This document shows, piece after piece, positions 21,901 through 30,749 of a DNA stretch of 64,000 nucleotides (positions within the stretch are counted from its first letter, which is position 1; the number at the start of each line of letters is the position of its first letter). Location: the NCBI GenBank assembly GCA_031425615.1, contig JANPJR010000030.1:210492-274491 (forward strand), read 5' to 3'. Source of the stretch: Cytophagales bacterium. Its GTDB lineage: Bacteria; Bacteroidota; Bacteroidia; Cytophagales; Microscillaceae. The notes below the pieces were generated by a model that searched no databases, was not told the DNA's origin, and saw nothing but the letters and a program-made list of their open reading frames with translations. The position numbers were made by a program, and so were the translations under genes.

Positions 21901-22092
21901 ATTATTACGCAATACTTCATCAAGTTTGCTCAAATTTACATCAAGCCACATTCTATCCTCCATTTTTTTCCTTTCTTCTTGAAAACCCTGTATCAAGGCT
22001 TTATATTCGGTGTAAGGCACGCTTATTTTACCATCTTGGTTGATGTCGGTGCTATCATTAGAGAGTTTTTCAGTCGTTTGTGGCGTTTCCAT
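18955..22092 (-). CDS. GAF / long coiled-coil / 2xPAS signalling protein without output domain
   Basis: 1045 aa. N-terminal GAF-like domain, ~500 aa of E/Q/K/L coiled coil with 28-aa tandem repeats, and two C-terminal PAS-like modules ('LEISPEGEILSANQKF','IIEVDMEGTVSRINQQA'). Confidence 0.8.
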   Translation of the reverse strand: METPQTTEKLSNDSTDINQDGKISVPYTEYKALIQGFQEERKKMEDRMWLDVNLSKLDEVLRNNFENTPKKFSENLIQYLARLLGAIHGAFFVVNHDKNMVQATAGYACTLETMERTQFQIGEGLVGQAVKSQEMLCLDEIETEVNSSLGKIKANYMVVLPLAYNKTVSGVIELSTLDKLMPRFLIFLDRASHNISASLQSLLNAQKTKEILMDNFEQSEIYKDQQKEIKVLREENQKLQAEIQAKNLQQQAEELEPYYIDDEENRPTINIQKPKNTPNIVDIITSQSQAENNVDLEKIYLEKLKALEAQNLSLEMEKNELIQKNNSFEDLISKKNNDVSIAKEALKWKNDILEKQDEEISNLKNAISKIQLSENQTSDEKDATKHYIHELQLNITFWQNMVTELSEKIANTTTESTPQENIQEEEKAQEKEAMQQYINDLQANLNFWQEKAYAIPENWEQELHEAQQKIIALQHELEKIVSNYDELEKINTWQAEKLQNMLKESQENTEKYNELEKINTWQAEKLQNILSDIQEKEQLIVQISQQIATKNEIFEKETHYLRLDLDETLEKNGLLSQELQSFEQKYKDLITQFENTIQKLRKKEDELLVSQYLLQQNQPPKEDNLQELQDLKELVEELKQKNNELEENFLKIQAKKAENTQITQEITNLQTENQNYQAKINALENQILTLNETLNQQKQQTDNISQNIVPNTVDNFIEIPEIAELLLEIAQLKEKHQKDTISIQSLENQIADIEEKTATHWQEKQNSFNEKLADLEIIQEDLVRKKEFLEQTANMLNQRERELVELFDKINAIFAVLEISPEGEILSANQKFLQLTRLQGTELIGQTYTDFLDKNFAESKDFKVMWEGVKVGIAQNVEELAFISTKGEKSFYHTSFIPIINKDNQVTEIVHLFNHLMPPPYPNTPSATIVSMAEDRVKALESSLIIIEVDMEGTVSRINQQAIWALGYKEGEILACPFTDLLDISEKESDEYQEWQAQIQQGISTAKVVKYVGKEGEKLKFRTFFYPLRDENKNTKQWLACLQKV
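20511..20640. repeat. intragenic 84-bp tandem duplication (28-aa coiled-coil repeat)
   Basis: 'gcaatttttctgcctgccaagtatttattttttccaattcgt' at 20514 and 20598. Encodes 'YNELEKINTWQAEKLQN(M/I)L...' twice. Confidence 0.85.
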
Positions 22093-22542
22093 AATTTGTG
22101 TTGCTAATAAATTATTTAAAAATATAACTTTGGTATCTAAAAATTATTAAAGATACAAGATAAATGCCAATTTTTATTTTTATATATGTATAAAGAAAAA
22201 CTAACCAATAAATTTGGATTATGGATTGACCTAAGTTGTCAGTTATCAGTTTTTAAGTTGTCTGTGTCTATAAATTTACATTAATTTATACTTCCAACTA
22301 TATTTTTAACACAAAAAACGCTAAAATAAGTGGTAATTTATCTTGAAAAAATACCAAAATTGATTTTTTTTTGAAAAGGAATATAATACGCAATTTAGAT
22401 AGATTATTTTTAGGTTAAAAACCGCAAAAACTTAATATTAAATTCATTTGCAAAATACAAAAAAGAATCATAAAACTATTATATTTGCCAAAAAACTTTT
22501 TTTGAATATTTTTTCACTTTTAAATCCTAAACATAATATTGT

Positions 22543-23382
22543 ATGGTTTTTTTACAAAATTTAGTCCCGTTTGACTACATCAACAAAATTATAGAGCTGA
22601 CAATCAGTTATGCCCCAAGATTAATTTTAGCATTTGTTACGCTTTTTGTTGGTTTGTGGCTTATCAAATGGGTTTTAACAATTATCAATAAATATTTAAA
22701 CAAAAACAGTGTTGATAAAGCAGTTGCCCCTTTTTTGGTTAGTGTTGTAGGGGCATTGATGCGTGTGATGTTGTTATTGAGTATCGCGTCTTTAATAGGC
22801 ATTGAAACAACTTCTTTTGTGGCAATTTTGGGTGCTGCGGGTTTGGCGGTTGGTTTGGCATTGCAAGGCAGTTTGTCCAATTTTGCGGGTGGCGTATTGA
22901 TTTTGGTGTTCAAACCTTTCAAAGTAGGCGATTTTATTGAAGCCTTAGGTTTTGGTGGACATGTCAAAGAAATTCAAATTTTTCATACCATTATTGTTAC
23001 CTTAGATGACCGCACAGTAATTGTGGCAAATGGTGCATTGGCAAATGGTGCAGTTGTAAATTATAATACAGAAGGTACAAGGCTTGTAGAAGTTACATTT
23101 GGCGTAGCATATAGCAATGACTTATCGAAAGTGAAAGACGCATTAATTAATAATGCCATAAAAGAAAATAAATTAATCATACAAGAAGGTGAAAAATCTC
23201 CTTTTGTGGGTGTATTGGCACTTAACCCTGTTGAAGTAAAAATGACTTTTAGGGTTTGGACAAAACCAGAAGATTATTGGACAGTGTTTTTCTTTGCACA
23301 AACACACGTAAAAGAATCCTGCGAAAAAGGTGGCGTAATAGGTGCAATGCCTCAACAATTAGTTTTTGTGAAAAATGAATAA
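22543..23382 (+). CDS. mechanosensitive ion channel, MscS family
   Basis: 279 aa with 3 TM helices followed by an MscS beta-domain. Confidence 0.85.
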   Translation: MVFLQNLVPFDYINKIIELTISYAPRLILAFVTLFVGLWLIKWVLTIINKYLNKNSVDKAVAPFLVSVVGALMRVMLLLSIASLIGIETTSFVAILGAAGLAVGLALQGSLSNFAGGVLILVFKPFKVGDFIEALGFGGHVKEIQIFHTIIVTLDDRTVIVANGALANGAVVNYNTEGTRLVEVTFGVAYSNDLSKVKDALINNAIKENKLIIQEGEKSPFVGVLALNPVEVKMTFRVWTKPEDYWTVFFFAQTHVKESCEKGGVIGAMPQQLVFVKNE

Positions 23383-23520
23383 AAAATTTATTTTTTTTGA
23401 AAAAAATAAAAAATCCTGTTGTCATAACAGAATTATTCATATTTTTATTTATATTTGCAACCTCAAAAAAAATATACAACAAGTGGACGGGTTCCACATA
23501 AACCACATCAAACCAACAAA

Positions 23521-24051
23521 ATGGTAAGAATTAGATTAGCGCGTCGAGGACGCAAAAAATTGGCAATCTACGATATTATTGTAGCAGACAGTCGCGCACC
23601 ACGTGATGGGCGTTTTATTGAAAAATTAGGTATGTATAACCCTAATACTGTGCCTGCAACTATGGTATTCAACGAAGAAAAATCGTTAAAATGGCTACTT
23701 GACGGAGCGCAACCTTCGCCTACTGTAAAAGCAATACTTTCTTATCGTGGTATCCTTTACAAAAAACACCTTCAAATTGGTGTTATCAAAAAAGCTATCA
23801 CACAAGAAAAAGCAGACGAAAAATTTGCACTTTGGAAAGCACAAAAAGATTCTAAAATCACACAACGTGTAACCAACCTTGCTGATGCCAAAACCGCAGC
23901 ACGCAATGCACGCCTTGAAACCGAAACACAAGTACGTGAAGCACGTGCTGAAGCTATCCGCAAAAAAAATGAAGTAAAAGTTGAACCTGTGGTTACAGAA
24001 GAAGTAACAAGTGAAACAACAGAAACAACAACAACAGAAACCGCAGAATAA
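23521..24051 (+). CDS. rpsP: 30S ribosomal protein S16 (with long K/E/T-rich C-terminal extension)
   Basis: Starts at internal Met '[25 protein letters not shown]'. The upstream in-frame 22 codons are unlikely to be translated. Confidence 0.88.
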   Translation: MVRIRLARRGRKKLAIYDIIVADSRAPRDGRFIEKLGMYNPNTVPATMVFNEEKSLKWLLDGAQPSPTVKAILSYRGILYKKHLQIGVIKKAITQEKADEKFALWKAQKDSKITQRVTNLADAKTAARNARLETETQVREARAEAIRKKNEVKVEPVVTEEVTSETTETTTTETAE

Positions 24052-24104
24052 GCTATATTCCCGACATATTTTTTTTTAATTTAAAAGAAAAAATAAGTTT
24101 CAAA

Positions 24105-24149
24105 ATGCCAAATATTTTACACCTAAAATATTTGGCATTTTTGTTTTTT
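24105..24149 (+). terminator. rho-independent terminator after rpsP
   Basis: 14-bp stem 'atgccaaatatttt/aaaatatttggcat' followed by a T-run. Confidence 0.8.
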
Positions 24150-24235
24150 ACAAAAATTTGAAAATTAAAAAATATTCCCTTATTTTAGACTTTTTTAATG
24201 TAAATTTTCCATCGCTTGAACAAAACAATACACAC

Positions 24236-25597
24236 ATGCAAAAAATTTTTAACCCAAAATATACAGGTTATTTTTTCCTTATCTCGAGTATAGTTGCCCT
24301 TTTGGGTATTATTTTGCAAGCAAATAACCTTGTGCCTTTGCCTGTGCTGGTATTTACTGTTTTGCGTTGGACAGCAGTTTTTGCGGGATTGATGTATGGT
24401 GTGAGTGTGCATAAACTCACTACTTGGATTTTGGTGATGATGCTCGTGGGTGGCGAAGTAGGTTATTCTTTTCCTGAATTTGCGGTACAGTTGGATATTT
24501 TTAGCAAAATATTCCTCAAACTTATCAAAACGATTATTGCACCGTTGCTTTTTGGTACGCTTGTCGTAGGCATTGCAGGACACGCTGACCTCGCACAAAT
24601 AGGGCGAATGGGTGTGAAATCTTTTACCTATTTTATTTGTGTTACTTTTATAGCATTGAGTGTGGGGCTTATTGCTATCAACATTACACAAGCAGGAACA
24701 GGTATTCAAAAACCTGAACAAACCCAAACAATTCAAAAAACCGAAAAATCATGGCAAGACATTGTATTGCATACTTTTCCCGAAAATATCGCTAAATCAA
24801 TCTATGAAGGGCAAGTTTTACAAATTGTAATTTTCAGTATTTTATTTGGCATTGGGCTGACAATGGTAGGCGAAAAATACCGACACACCATGATTGAATT
24901 TGCTGAAAGTTTATCCGAAGTCATGTTTAAGTTTACCAATATTGTCATGCTACTTGCTCCTTTGGCGGTTGGTGGGGCGATTGCTTACACAATTGGCAAA
25001 TATGGCTTAAATGTCCTCCAAAATCTGGGCATGCTCTTACTTACGTTATATGGGGCTTTGATTGCATTTATTGGGCTTGTGCTTGTGCCTATTGCGTTGT
25101 TTATGCGTATTAATATTATCAAATTTTTTCATGCAGTCAAAGAACCTGTTACATTGGCTTTTGCAACTGCAAGCTCTGAATCTGCGTTGCCTATGGCAAT
25201 GGAAAACATGGAAAAATTTGGTGTGCCACGCAAAATAGTTTCTTTTGTAATACCAACAGGGTATAGTTTTAATCTTGATGGTACTACGTTGTATCTTTCC
25301 CTCGCAGCAATATTTGTGGCACAATGTGCTGGTATTCAAATGTCGTGGATTTCACAGATTTCTATGTTGCTGATGCTTTTGCTTACAAGTAAAGGCGTAG
25401 CAGGTATTCCACGTGCTTCGCTGATGGTGCTTTCTGGTGCTGCTGCAAGTTTTGATTTACCCGATTGGCCTATTGCCATGATTATAGGTATAGATGCCCT
25501 TATGGATATGGCACGCACTTCGGTCAATGTATTGGGAAATTGTTTGGCTTCGGTTGTGGTGGCGAAGTGGGAAGGAGAATTTGAGGAAACCCTGTAA
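24236..25597 (+). CDS. dicarboxylate/amino acid:cation symporter (DAACS/GltP family)
   Basis: Polytopic membrane protein with SDF-family signature regions. Start trimmed to Met 'MQKIFNPKYTGYFF' and is uncertain. Confidence 0.8.
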   Translation: MQKIFNPKYTGYFFLISSIVALLGIILQANNLVPLPVLVFTVLRWTAVFAGLMYGVSVHKLTTWILVMMLVGGEVGYSFPEFAVQLDIFSKIFLKLIKTIIAPLLFGTLVVGIAGHADLAQIGRMGVKSFTYFICVTFIALSVGLIAINITQAGTGIQKPEQTQTIQKTEKSWQDIVLHTFPENIAKSIYEGQVLQIVIFSILFGIGLTMVGEKYRHTMIEFAESLSEVMFKFTNIVMLLAPLAVGGAIAYTIGKYGLNVLQNLGMLLLTLYGALIAFIGLVLVPIALFMRINIIKFFHAVKEPVTLAFATASSESALPMAMENMEKFGVPRKIVSFVIPTGYSFNLDGTTLYLSLAAIFVAQCAGIQMSWISQISMLLMLLLTSKGVAGIPRASLMVLSGAAASFDLPDWPIAMIIGIDALMDMARTSVNVLGNCLASVVVAKWEGEFEETL

Positions 25598-25825
25598 ATC
25601 TTGTAAATCCAGAATAGAAATTATGGATTATTAGCCCATTAACCACCAAAGAGGAATTTATTTAAAGGCATTTATACTTTCCAAAAGTTTGAAAATTTTT
25701 GGAAAGTTAGCCCGAACTAATAAGAGCCAATATTTTAAATGTAAGCTAAATACAGTCTAATTGAAATCTGTATATATTTTTAATTTATTTTTTTATGCTT
25801 TGTTTCGTAAAAAATTATAACCAGA

Positions 25826-25860
25826 AACGCTTATAAGGGTTTAAAACCCTTATAAGCGTT
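25826..25860. terminator. bidirectional terminator between DAACS symporter and hppD
   Basis: Near-perfect 16-bp palindrome 'aacgcttataagggtt taaa aacccttataagcgtt' flanked by A/T runs. Confidence 0.8.
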
Positions 25861-25969
25861 AAAAAAGCAAAATTAAAATTAAAATTTTTTGGTAAAAAAA
25901 ATAATTATCAGTAATAAATTGCCAGTTGTCAGTTTTTTACTGAATTAACTGACAACTTAACTAACTACA

Positions 25970-27061
25970 TTACAAATTTCCCCTGAGTGCTTGTTCCCTT
26001 TCTATTGCTTCAAAAAGTGCTTTAAAATTCCCTTTTCCAAAAGAGGTTGCTCCTTTTCTTTGGATAATTTCAAAAAACAAAGTAGGTCTATCTTCCACAG
26101 GTTTGGTAAAAATTTGCAATAAATATCCTTCATTGTCCCTATCCACGAGAATATTTAATTTTTTAATTTCCTGCATATCTTCATCTATTGCACCAATACG
26201 ACTTTTTAGGTCTTCGTAATAGGTTTCAGGGACTGTCAAAAATTCAATACCTCTTGCTTTCAATTCGCCTACAGTGTCAATAATATCATCAGTTGCAATA
26301 GCGATATGTTGCACGCCAGCACCTTGATAAAAATCTAAATATTCTTCAATTTGTGATTTTCTTGCACCAGACGCAGGTTCATTGATAGGAAATTTTACAT
26401 AACCATTGCCATTTGACACCACTTTGGACATGAGCGAGCTATATTCAGTAGAAATATCTTGGTCGTCAAACGTGATAAGCAACGAAAATCCCATTACAGT
26501 TTCATAAAATTTTACCCATTCGTTCATTTTGCCAAGTTCTACATTGCCTACGCAGTGGTCAATGTGTTTTAAGCCAATAGGCGTTGTTTTCACATTGCTC
26601 TTTTTGGCAACAAAATTAGGTAAAAAAGCCCCTTTATAATTGGTGCGTTCTACAAAAGTATGTATGGTATCACCATACGTTTGGATAGAGGCAATTTTTA
26701 CTTCGCCAAATTCATCTTTGAGTGAAATAGGTGCTTGTACTTCTTTTGCACCACGTTGCATAGTATTGTAAAATGCTTTTTCAGCATCTTCTACTTGTAA
26801 AGCAAGCACTTTTACACCATCACCATGTGTTTGTACATGTTGTGCAATAGCCCCATGTGGTTGCAAAGCAGTGGTAAATACAAAACGGATTTTGCCTTGT
26901 TGCAATACATAAGAAGCACGGTCTTTTACGCCTGTTTCAGGCCCTGCATAAGCTACCAATTCAAATCCGAAAGCAGATTGATAAAAATAAGAGGCTTGTT
27001 TGGCATTACCCACATAAAATTCAATATGGTCTGTGCCTATTAATGGAAGGAAGTCTGTCAT
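25970..27061 (-). CDS. hppD: 4-hydroxyphenylpyruvate dioxygenase
   Basis: 363 aa with two VOC modules and an HPPD-like N-terminus 'DHIEFYVGNAKQASYFY'. Confidence 0.88.
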   Translation of the reverse strand: MTDFLPLIGTDHIEFYVGNAKQASYFYQSAFGFELVAYAGPETGVKDRASYVLQQGKIRFVFTTALQPHGAIAQHVQTHGDGVKVLALQVEDAEKAFYNTMQRGAKEVQAPISLKDEFGEVKIASIQTYGDTIHTFVERTNYKGAFLPNFVAKKSNVKTTPIGLKHIDHCVGNVELGKMNEWVKFYETVMGFSLLITFDDQDISTEYSSLMSKVVSNGNGYVKFPINEPASGARKSQIEEYLDFYQGAGVQHIAIATDDIIDTVGELKARGIEFLTVPETYYEDLKSRIGAIDEDMQEIKKLNILVDRDNEGYLLQIFTKPVEDRPTLFFEIIQRKGATSFGKGNFKALFEAIEREQALRGNL

Positions 27062-27065
27062 TTTA

Positions 27066-27097
27066 ATTAGGAATTGAGAATTAGGAATTAGGAATTA
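27066..27097. repeat. heptamer-periodic tandem repeat (AATTAGG type) abutting hppD start
   Basis: 'attaggaattgagaattaggaattaggaatta'. Confidence 0.8.
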
Positions 27098-27137
27098 AAA
27101 AATTGGTAACGTTTGTTTTTTGCAAATATACAAAAAA

Positions 27138-27345
27138 GTTTAAAGTTCAAAGGATTAAGGTTCAAAAAGTTCAAAGGTTTAAAGTTCAAAGGGATTAAGG
27201 TTCAAAAAGTTCAAAGGTTTAAAGTTCAAAGGGATTAAGGTTCAAAAAGTTCAAAGGTTTAAAGTTCAAAGGGATTAAGATTCAAAAAGTTCAAAGGTTT
27301 AAAGTTCAAAGGTTTAAAGTTCAAAGGGTTCAAGGTTCAAATCAA
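27138..27345. repeat. 40-bp tandem repeat array (about 4.4 copies) in hppD/GT2 divergent intergenic region
   Basis: Unit 'gtttaaagttcaaagggattaaggttcaaaaagttcaaag' at 27138, 27177, 27217, 27257, then a degenerate tail. Confidence 0.9.
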
Positions 27346-27559
27346 AGGGTTGAAGCAACATTATGACATTTCGGTTGTAAATATCTAAAATGTGTTTTAA
27401 AACTTGTAGAAATAACATTTTTTTTTTTACTTTATTTAAAACCAAAATTCCTAATCCATAATTCACAACAAAACTGATAACCTAAAAACTTATAACTGAC
27501 AACTTGGATTAATCCATAATTCTTTCCTTATATTTGCATTATTTTTTAAACAAAAATCT

Positions 27560-28339
27560 ATGATAGATGGCAAGAAAATAGTGGTCGTAATGCCCGCTTA
27601 CAACGCTTCTGCGACTTTGACAAAAACATTTAAGGAAATTCCTTTCAACATTGTAGATGAAGTAATTTTGGTAGATGACCATTCGCCTGACGATACTGTG
27701 CGCGTAGCCAAAGAACTTGGCATACAACATGTGATACGCCACGAAAATAATAAAGGATATGGCGGAAATCAAAAAACCTGTTACAAAAAAGCCCTTGAAA
27801 TAGGGGCTGATGTAGTGGTAATGCTTCACCCTGATTATCAATATACGCCCCTGTTGATAGAGGCAATGGTTTATCCAATAGCAAGAGGCGTGTTTGATGT
27901 GATGCTTGCAGCACGTACATTGGGCAAAGGTGCTTTGGCAGGTGGTATGCCTTTGTATAAATATATTGCCAATCGTACTTTGACATTTTTTCAGAATGTT
28001 ATGCTCAACCAAAAACTCGCAGAATACCACACAGGTTATAGGGCTTTTAGCAAAGAAGTATTAGAATATTTGCCTTTGGAGCAAAATTCTGATGATTTTG
28101 TGTTTGATAATGAGATGCTTGGACAAATCACTTACGCCAATTTTCAAATTGGAGAAGTAACCTGTCCTACCAAATATTTTAAAGAAGCAAGCAGCATCAA
28201 TTTTAGTAGAAGTGTAAAATATGGTATGGGCGTTTTGCGTGTATCACTTACCTATCGTATGCACAAATGGGGGCTTGGGAAATTTAAAATTTTTAAGAAT
28301 ATCAAACCAAAATCACTCAAAAAATTGGAACATTTTTAA
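27560..28339 (+). CDS. GT2 family glycosyltransferase (polyprenyl-phosphate sugar transferase-like)
   Basis: 259 aa with 'VVVMPAYNASATL' and a DxD motif ('VDDHSPDDT'). Confidence 0.85.
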   Translation: MIDGKKIVVVMPAYNASATLTKTFKEIPFNIVDEVILVDDHSPDDTVRVAKELGIQHVIRHENNKGYGGNQKTCYKKALEIGADVVVMLHPDYQYTPLLIEAMVYPIARGVFDVMLAARTLGKGALAGGMPLYKYIANRTLTFFQNVMLNQKLAEYHTGYRAFSKEVLEYLPLEQNSDDFVFDNEMLGQITYANFQIGEVTCPTKYFKEASSINFSRSVKYGMGVLRVSLTYRMHKWGLGKFKIFKNIKPKSLKKLEHF

Positions 28340-28593
28340 AAAAAACCTTTAAAAATAAGGTAAATGATTTTATTGTTGTCTTTTTTGTCATTTTGAAGAA
28401 AATATCGCTATTAAAATCTCAGCTAAAAAACAGACAGATTTTTTTCAAAATGACAAAAAAAATAATATGCAAATACGCACAATTAAGAACAAAGCAAAAA
28501 ATATAAAAGTAATATAAAATAAAAAAATACAATGATTTTTAATTTTGGATATATATTTGCAAAAATTTCAAGAAAAAAAATTAAACCTATTTT

Positions 28594-29451
28594 ATGAACT
28601 TTGATTCAAAATATTCATGTTTCATGCGTATTTTTTTGATTTTGTGTGTTTTCAACATTGTGGTACAAGCCTGTCAATTTGCAAGCTATTCAGAAAAAAT
28701 AAAAAATAAACAAGATACATTACCTATGGCAGAACAACTCAAGCTTTTGAACGAAGAAATAAGTACGATTGATTCACTTTGGGTAATGGAAATGAAAAAA
28801 AATACAGAAAAAGATACTGCACTTCTACGAAGATTAGAGGAAATACAAAAATTGCGTACAAGTCTTGCACAAGCCACAAAATCTAATGATTACGAAAAAC
28901 AAATAACTGCACTTCTTACCATAAAAAGTAAAATAGCCCAAAATAAAGCCCAAACAGAAAATAAAATACTCAGAGATACACTTGATTTTTTGAGAGAAAA
29001 AAACCAAATATTAGAAAAAGACCTCCAAACCAAAAACCCACAACAATACCAAGCAAACCTTATTGCAGAGCAACATTACCAAAAAATGATACAGCAAAAC
29101 CAAGCGTTGCAAAAAGAAATCGCTAAACTCAAAAACATAGCATACCTTACCAAATTTGATATAAGAGCCTGCCAAGAAAATGGTAAAACTGCCAAATATG
29201 CCAAAAGTGTATATTATTTTGAAGTAAATTTTGCGTTTAGCCAAACCGAAAAACCTATCACAGTCCCTGACCACCGCATCAGCTACAAAGCCTACAAAGA
29301 TGGCAAAGATGTTGTTTTTAGAAAAATAACAGACGCAACACGCATCACACTTTCAAGCGAAAAATTTCGCAAAGGACGTTATGATATAATCATGTTGCTT
29401 GATGGCAAAGAAGTAGGAAAAACCGCCATTGATTTGAGTAAATTTCTATAA
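28594..29451 (+). CDS. coiled-coil lipoprotein, hypothetical
   Basis: 285 aa with signal/lipobox-like 'VVQAC', a Q/K/E-rich coiled coil and a C-terminal beta-rich domain. Confidence 0.5.
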   Translation: MNFDSKYSCFMRIFLILCVFNIVVQACQFASYSEKIKNKQDTLPMAEQLKLLNEEISTIDSLWVMEMKKNTEKDTALLRRLEEIQKLRTSLAQATKSNDYEKQITALLTIKSKIAQNKAQTENKILRDTLDFLREKNQILEKDLQTKNPQQYQANLIAEQHYQKMIQQNQALQKEIAKLKNIAYLTKFDIRACQENGKTAKYAKSVYYFEVNFAFSQTEKPITVPDHRISYKAYKDGKDVVFRKITDATRITLSSEKFRKGRYDIIMLLDGKEVGKTAIDLSKFL

Positions 29452-29455
29452 AAAT

Positions 29456-30580
29456 ATGCTTTTTTCGTTACAAGCCATGCGTGCTTTGGGTGCAGGCATG
29501 GTATTTTTGTTTCATGCTTCTTTATTGCAATACGGTTACGTGGGTGTTGATGTATTTTTTGTGTTGAGTGGATTTATTATTTTTTATGTGCATCATAAAG
29601 ATTTCCCTAAAAACCTTTGTGGATTAAATCATGCCAAAAAAGATAGTTTTTTTGTTTATTTTCCTATTCAATTTGCCCAATTATTACAATATTCTTATCG
29701 TAGATTTATCCGCATTTACCCTACATATTGGTTATTTTGTGCTTTTTTTTTGTGGGGTATTTGGGTAAGAGGAGGCAAATTGAGTGATTTTTATGCGTTT
29801 AATTGGTGGGCTTTTATGCAAACTTTTTGGCTTACGCCTCTGCACCCTACTTTTTTGGTGGTAAGTTGGACTTTGAGTTATGAATTGTATTTTTATGTGT
29901 TGGTTGGGCTTTTGTTTGTGCAGATTGGCAGGATAAATATTGGTTTTTGGGTGATGTGTATCGTGTTTTTGGGAAGTTTTACCAATTTTTTAAATAGTTT
30001 TTTTTTAGTAAAAATTGTTGACTTTGAAAAAAATGAGTTTTTGACTTTTTTTTTTAATGATATTCTATTGGAATTTTATTTAGGCATTTTTATTTTTTAT
30101 TTAACCAAAAAAAATCCTCAAAATTTCCTATTGCAAATTTCTTTAAAAAAATACCTTTTCCTTACACCTTTTTTTTTACTAATAAATATATTTTTGGTGT
30201 ATGTTTGTAGTCGTTCCAGAGAATTGTATGGTGGATTGCCTGCGTTTTGGGCAATATTGGGTTTGGTATTATGGGAAACAGAAAGCAATTTAATAGAAAA
30301 AAATATATGTAATTGGTTTTTTCAACAATATTTTTTAGGTAAAATATTGGTGCGATTGGGCGGAGCGTCTTATCTTTTGTATATTAGTCATTCTTTACTT
30401 ATGGGCACTTTGACCAATATTTGGAAAAAAATTCCTTTTGTGTATGATATTAATAATAGTTTCAATGATATTTTTAGGGTAAATGTTTTGTATGTTTTGC
30501 AAATAATATTGATACAAATAATTGTATTATATATATCAGAATGGATAGAACAACCCTTTTTGAGAAAAATAAAAACCTAA
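29456..30580 (+). CDS. acyltransferase family 3 (OatA/WecH-like) membrane protein
   Basis: 374 aa with ~10 TM helices and an acyltransferase_3-like N-terminus. Lies 4 bp after the upstream gene. Confidence 0.75.
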   Translation: MLFSLQAMRALGAGMVFLFHASLLQYGYVGVDVFFVLSGFIIFYVHHKDFPKNLCGLNHAKKDSFFVYFPIQFAQLLQYSYRRFIRIYPTYWLFCAFFLWGIWVRGGKLSDFYAFNWWAFMQTFWLTPLHPTFLVVSWTLSYELYFYVLVGLLFVQIGRINIGFWVMCIVFLGSFTNFLNSFFLVKIVDFEKNEFLTFFFNDILLEFYLGIFIFYLTKKNPQNFLLQISLKKYLFLTPFFLLINIFLVYVCSRSRELYGGLPAFWAILGLVLWETESNLIEKNICNWFFQQYFLGKILVRLGGASYLLYISHSLLMGTLTNIWKKIPFVYDINNSFNDIFRVNVLYVLQIILIQIIVLYISEWIEQPFLRKIKT

Positions 30581-30705
30581 AAAACCTATATAAAAATTAA
30601 GGTTTAAATCTTTTTTTGTTTTTGTTTAAAAAACATCTTACTTTTAGAAAGATTTTTTTAACTTTTTCATTTTTTTTATTTATAAATTCCCTAATTTCTA
30701 ATATA

Positions 30706-30730
30706 TTCCCCCTTTGGGTTTAGGGGGCTT
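30706..30730 (+). promoter_or_regulatory. conserved ~22-nt upstream motif 'CYCTTTG.GGGTTAGGRRGCT', copy upstream of MVP-like gene
   Basis: 'ttccccctttgggtttagggggctt' 20 bp before the ATG. Copies also at 50034-50057 (+, before lgt), 7732-7766 (-, before aguB), 57591-57622 (-) and a degenerate one at 56040-56095 (-, before the ATPase). Confidence 0.5.
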
Positions 30731-30749
30731 TTAATTCCTAATTCCTCTT

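Noticed and set aside
27138-27345. Tandem repeats considered as a CRISPR array
   Set aside because: Units are contiguous with no unique spacers, the 40-bp period is a pure tandem repeat, and no cas genes are nearby.
27325-27345. 'ggttcaaatc' resembling a tRNA T-loop
   Set aside because: No acceptor stem, D-arm or anticodon arm can be built around it. It is part of the GTTCAAAGG repeat tail.
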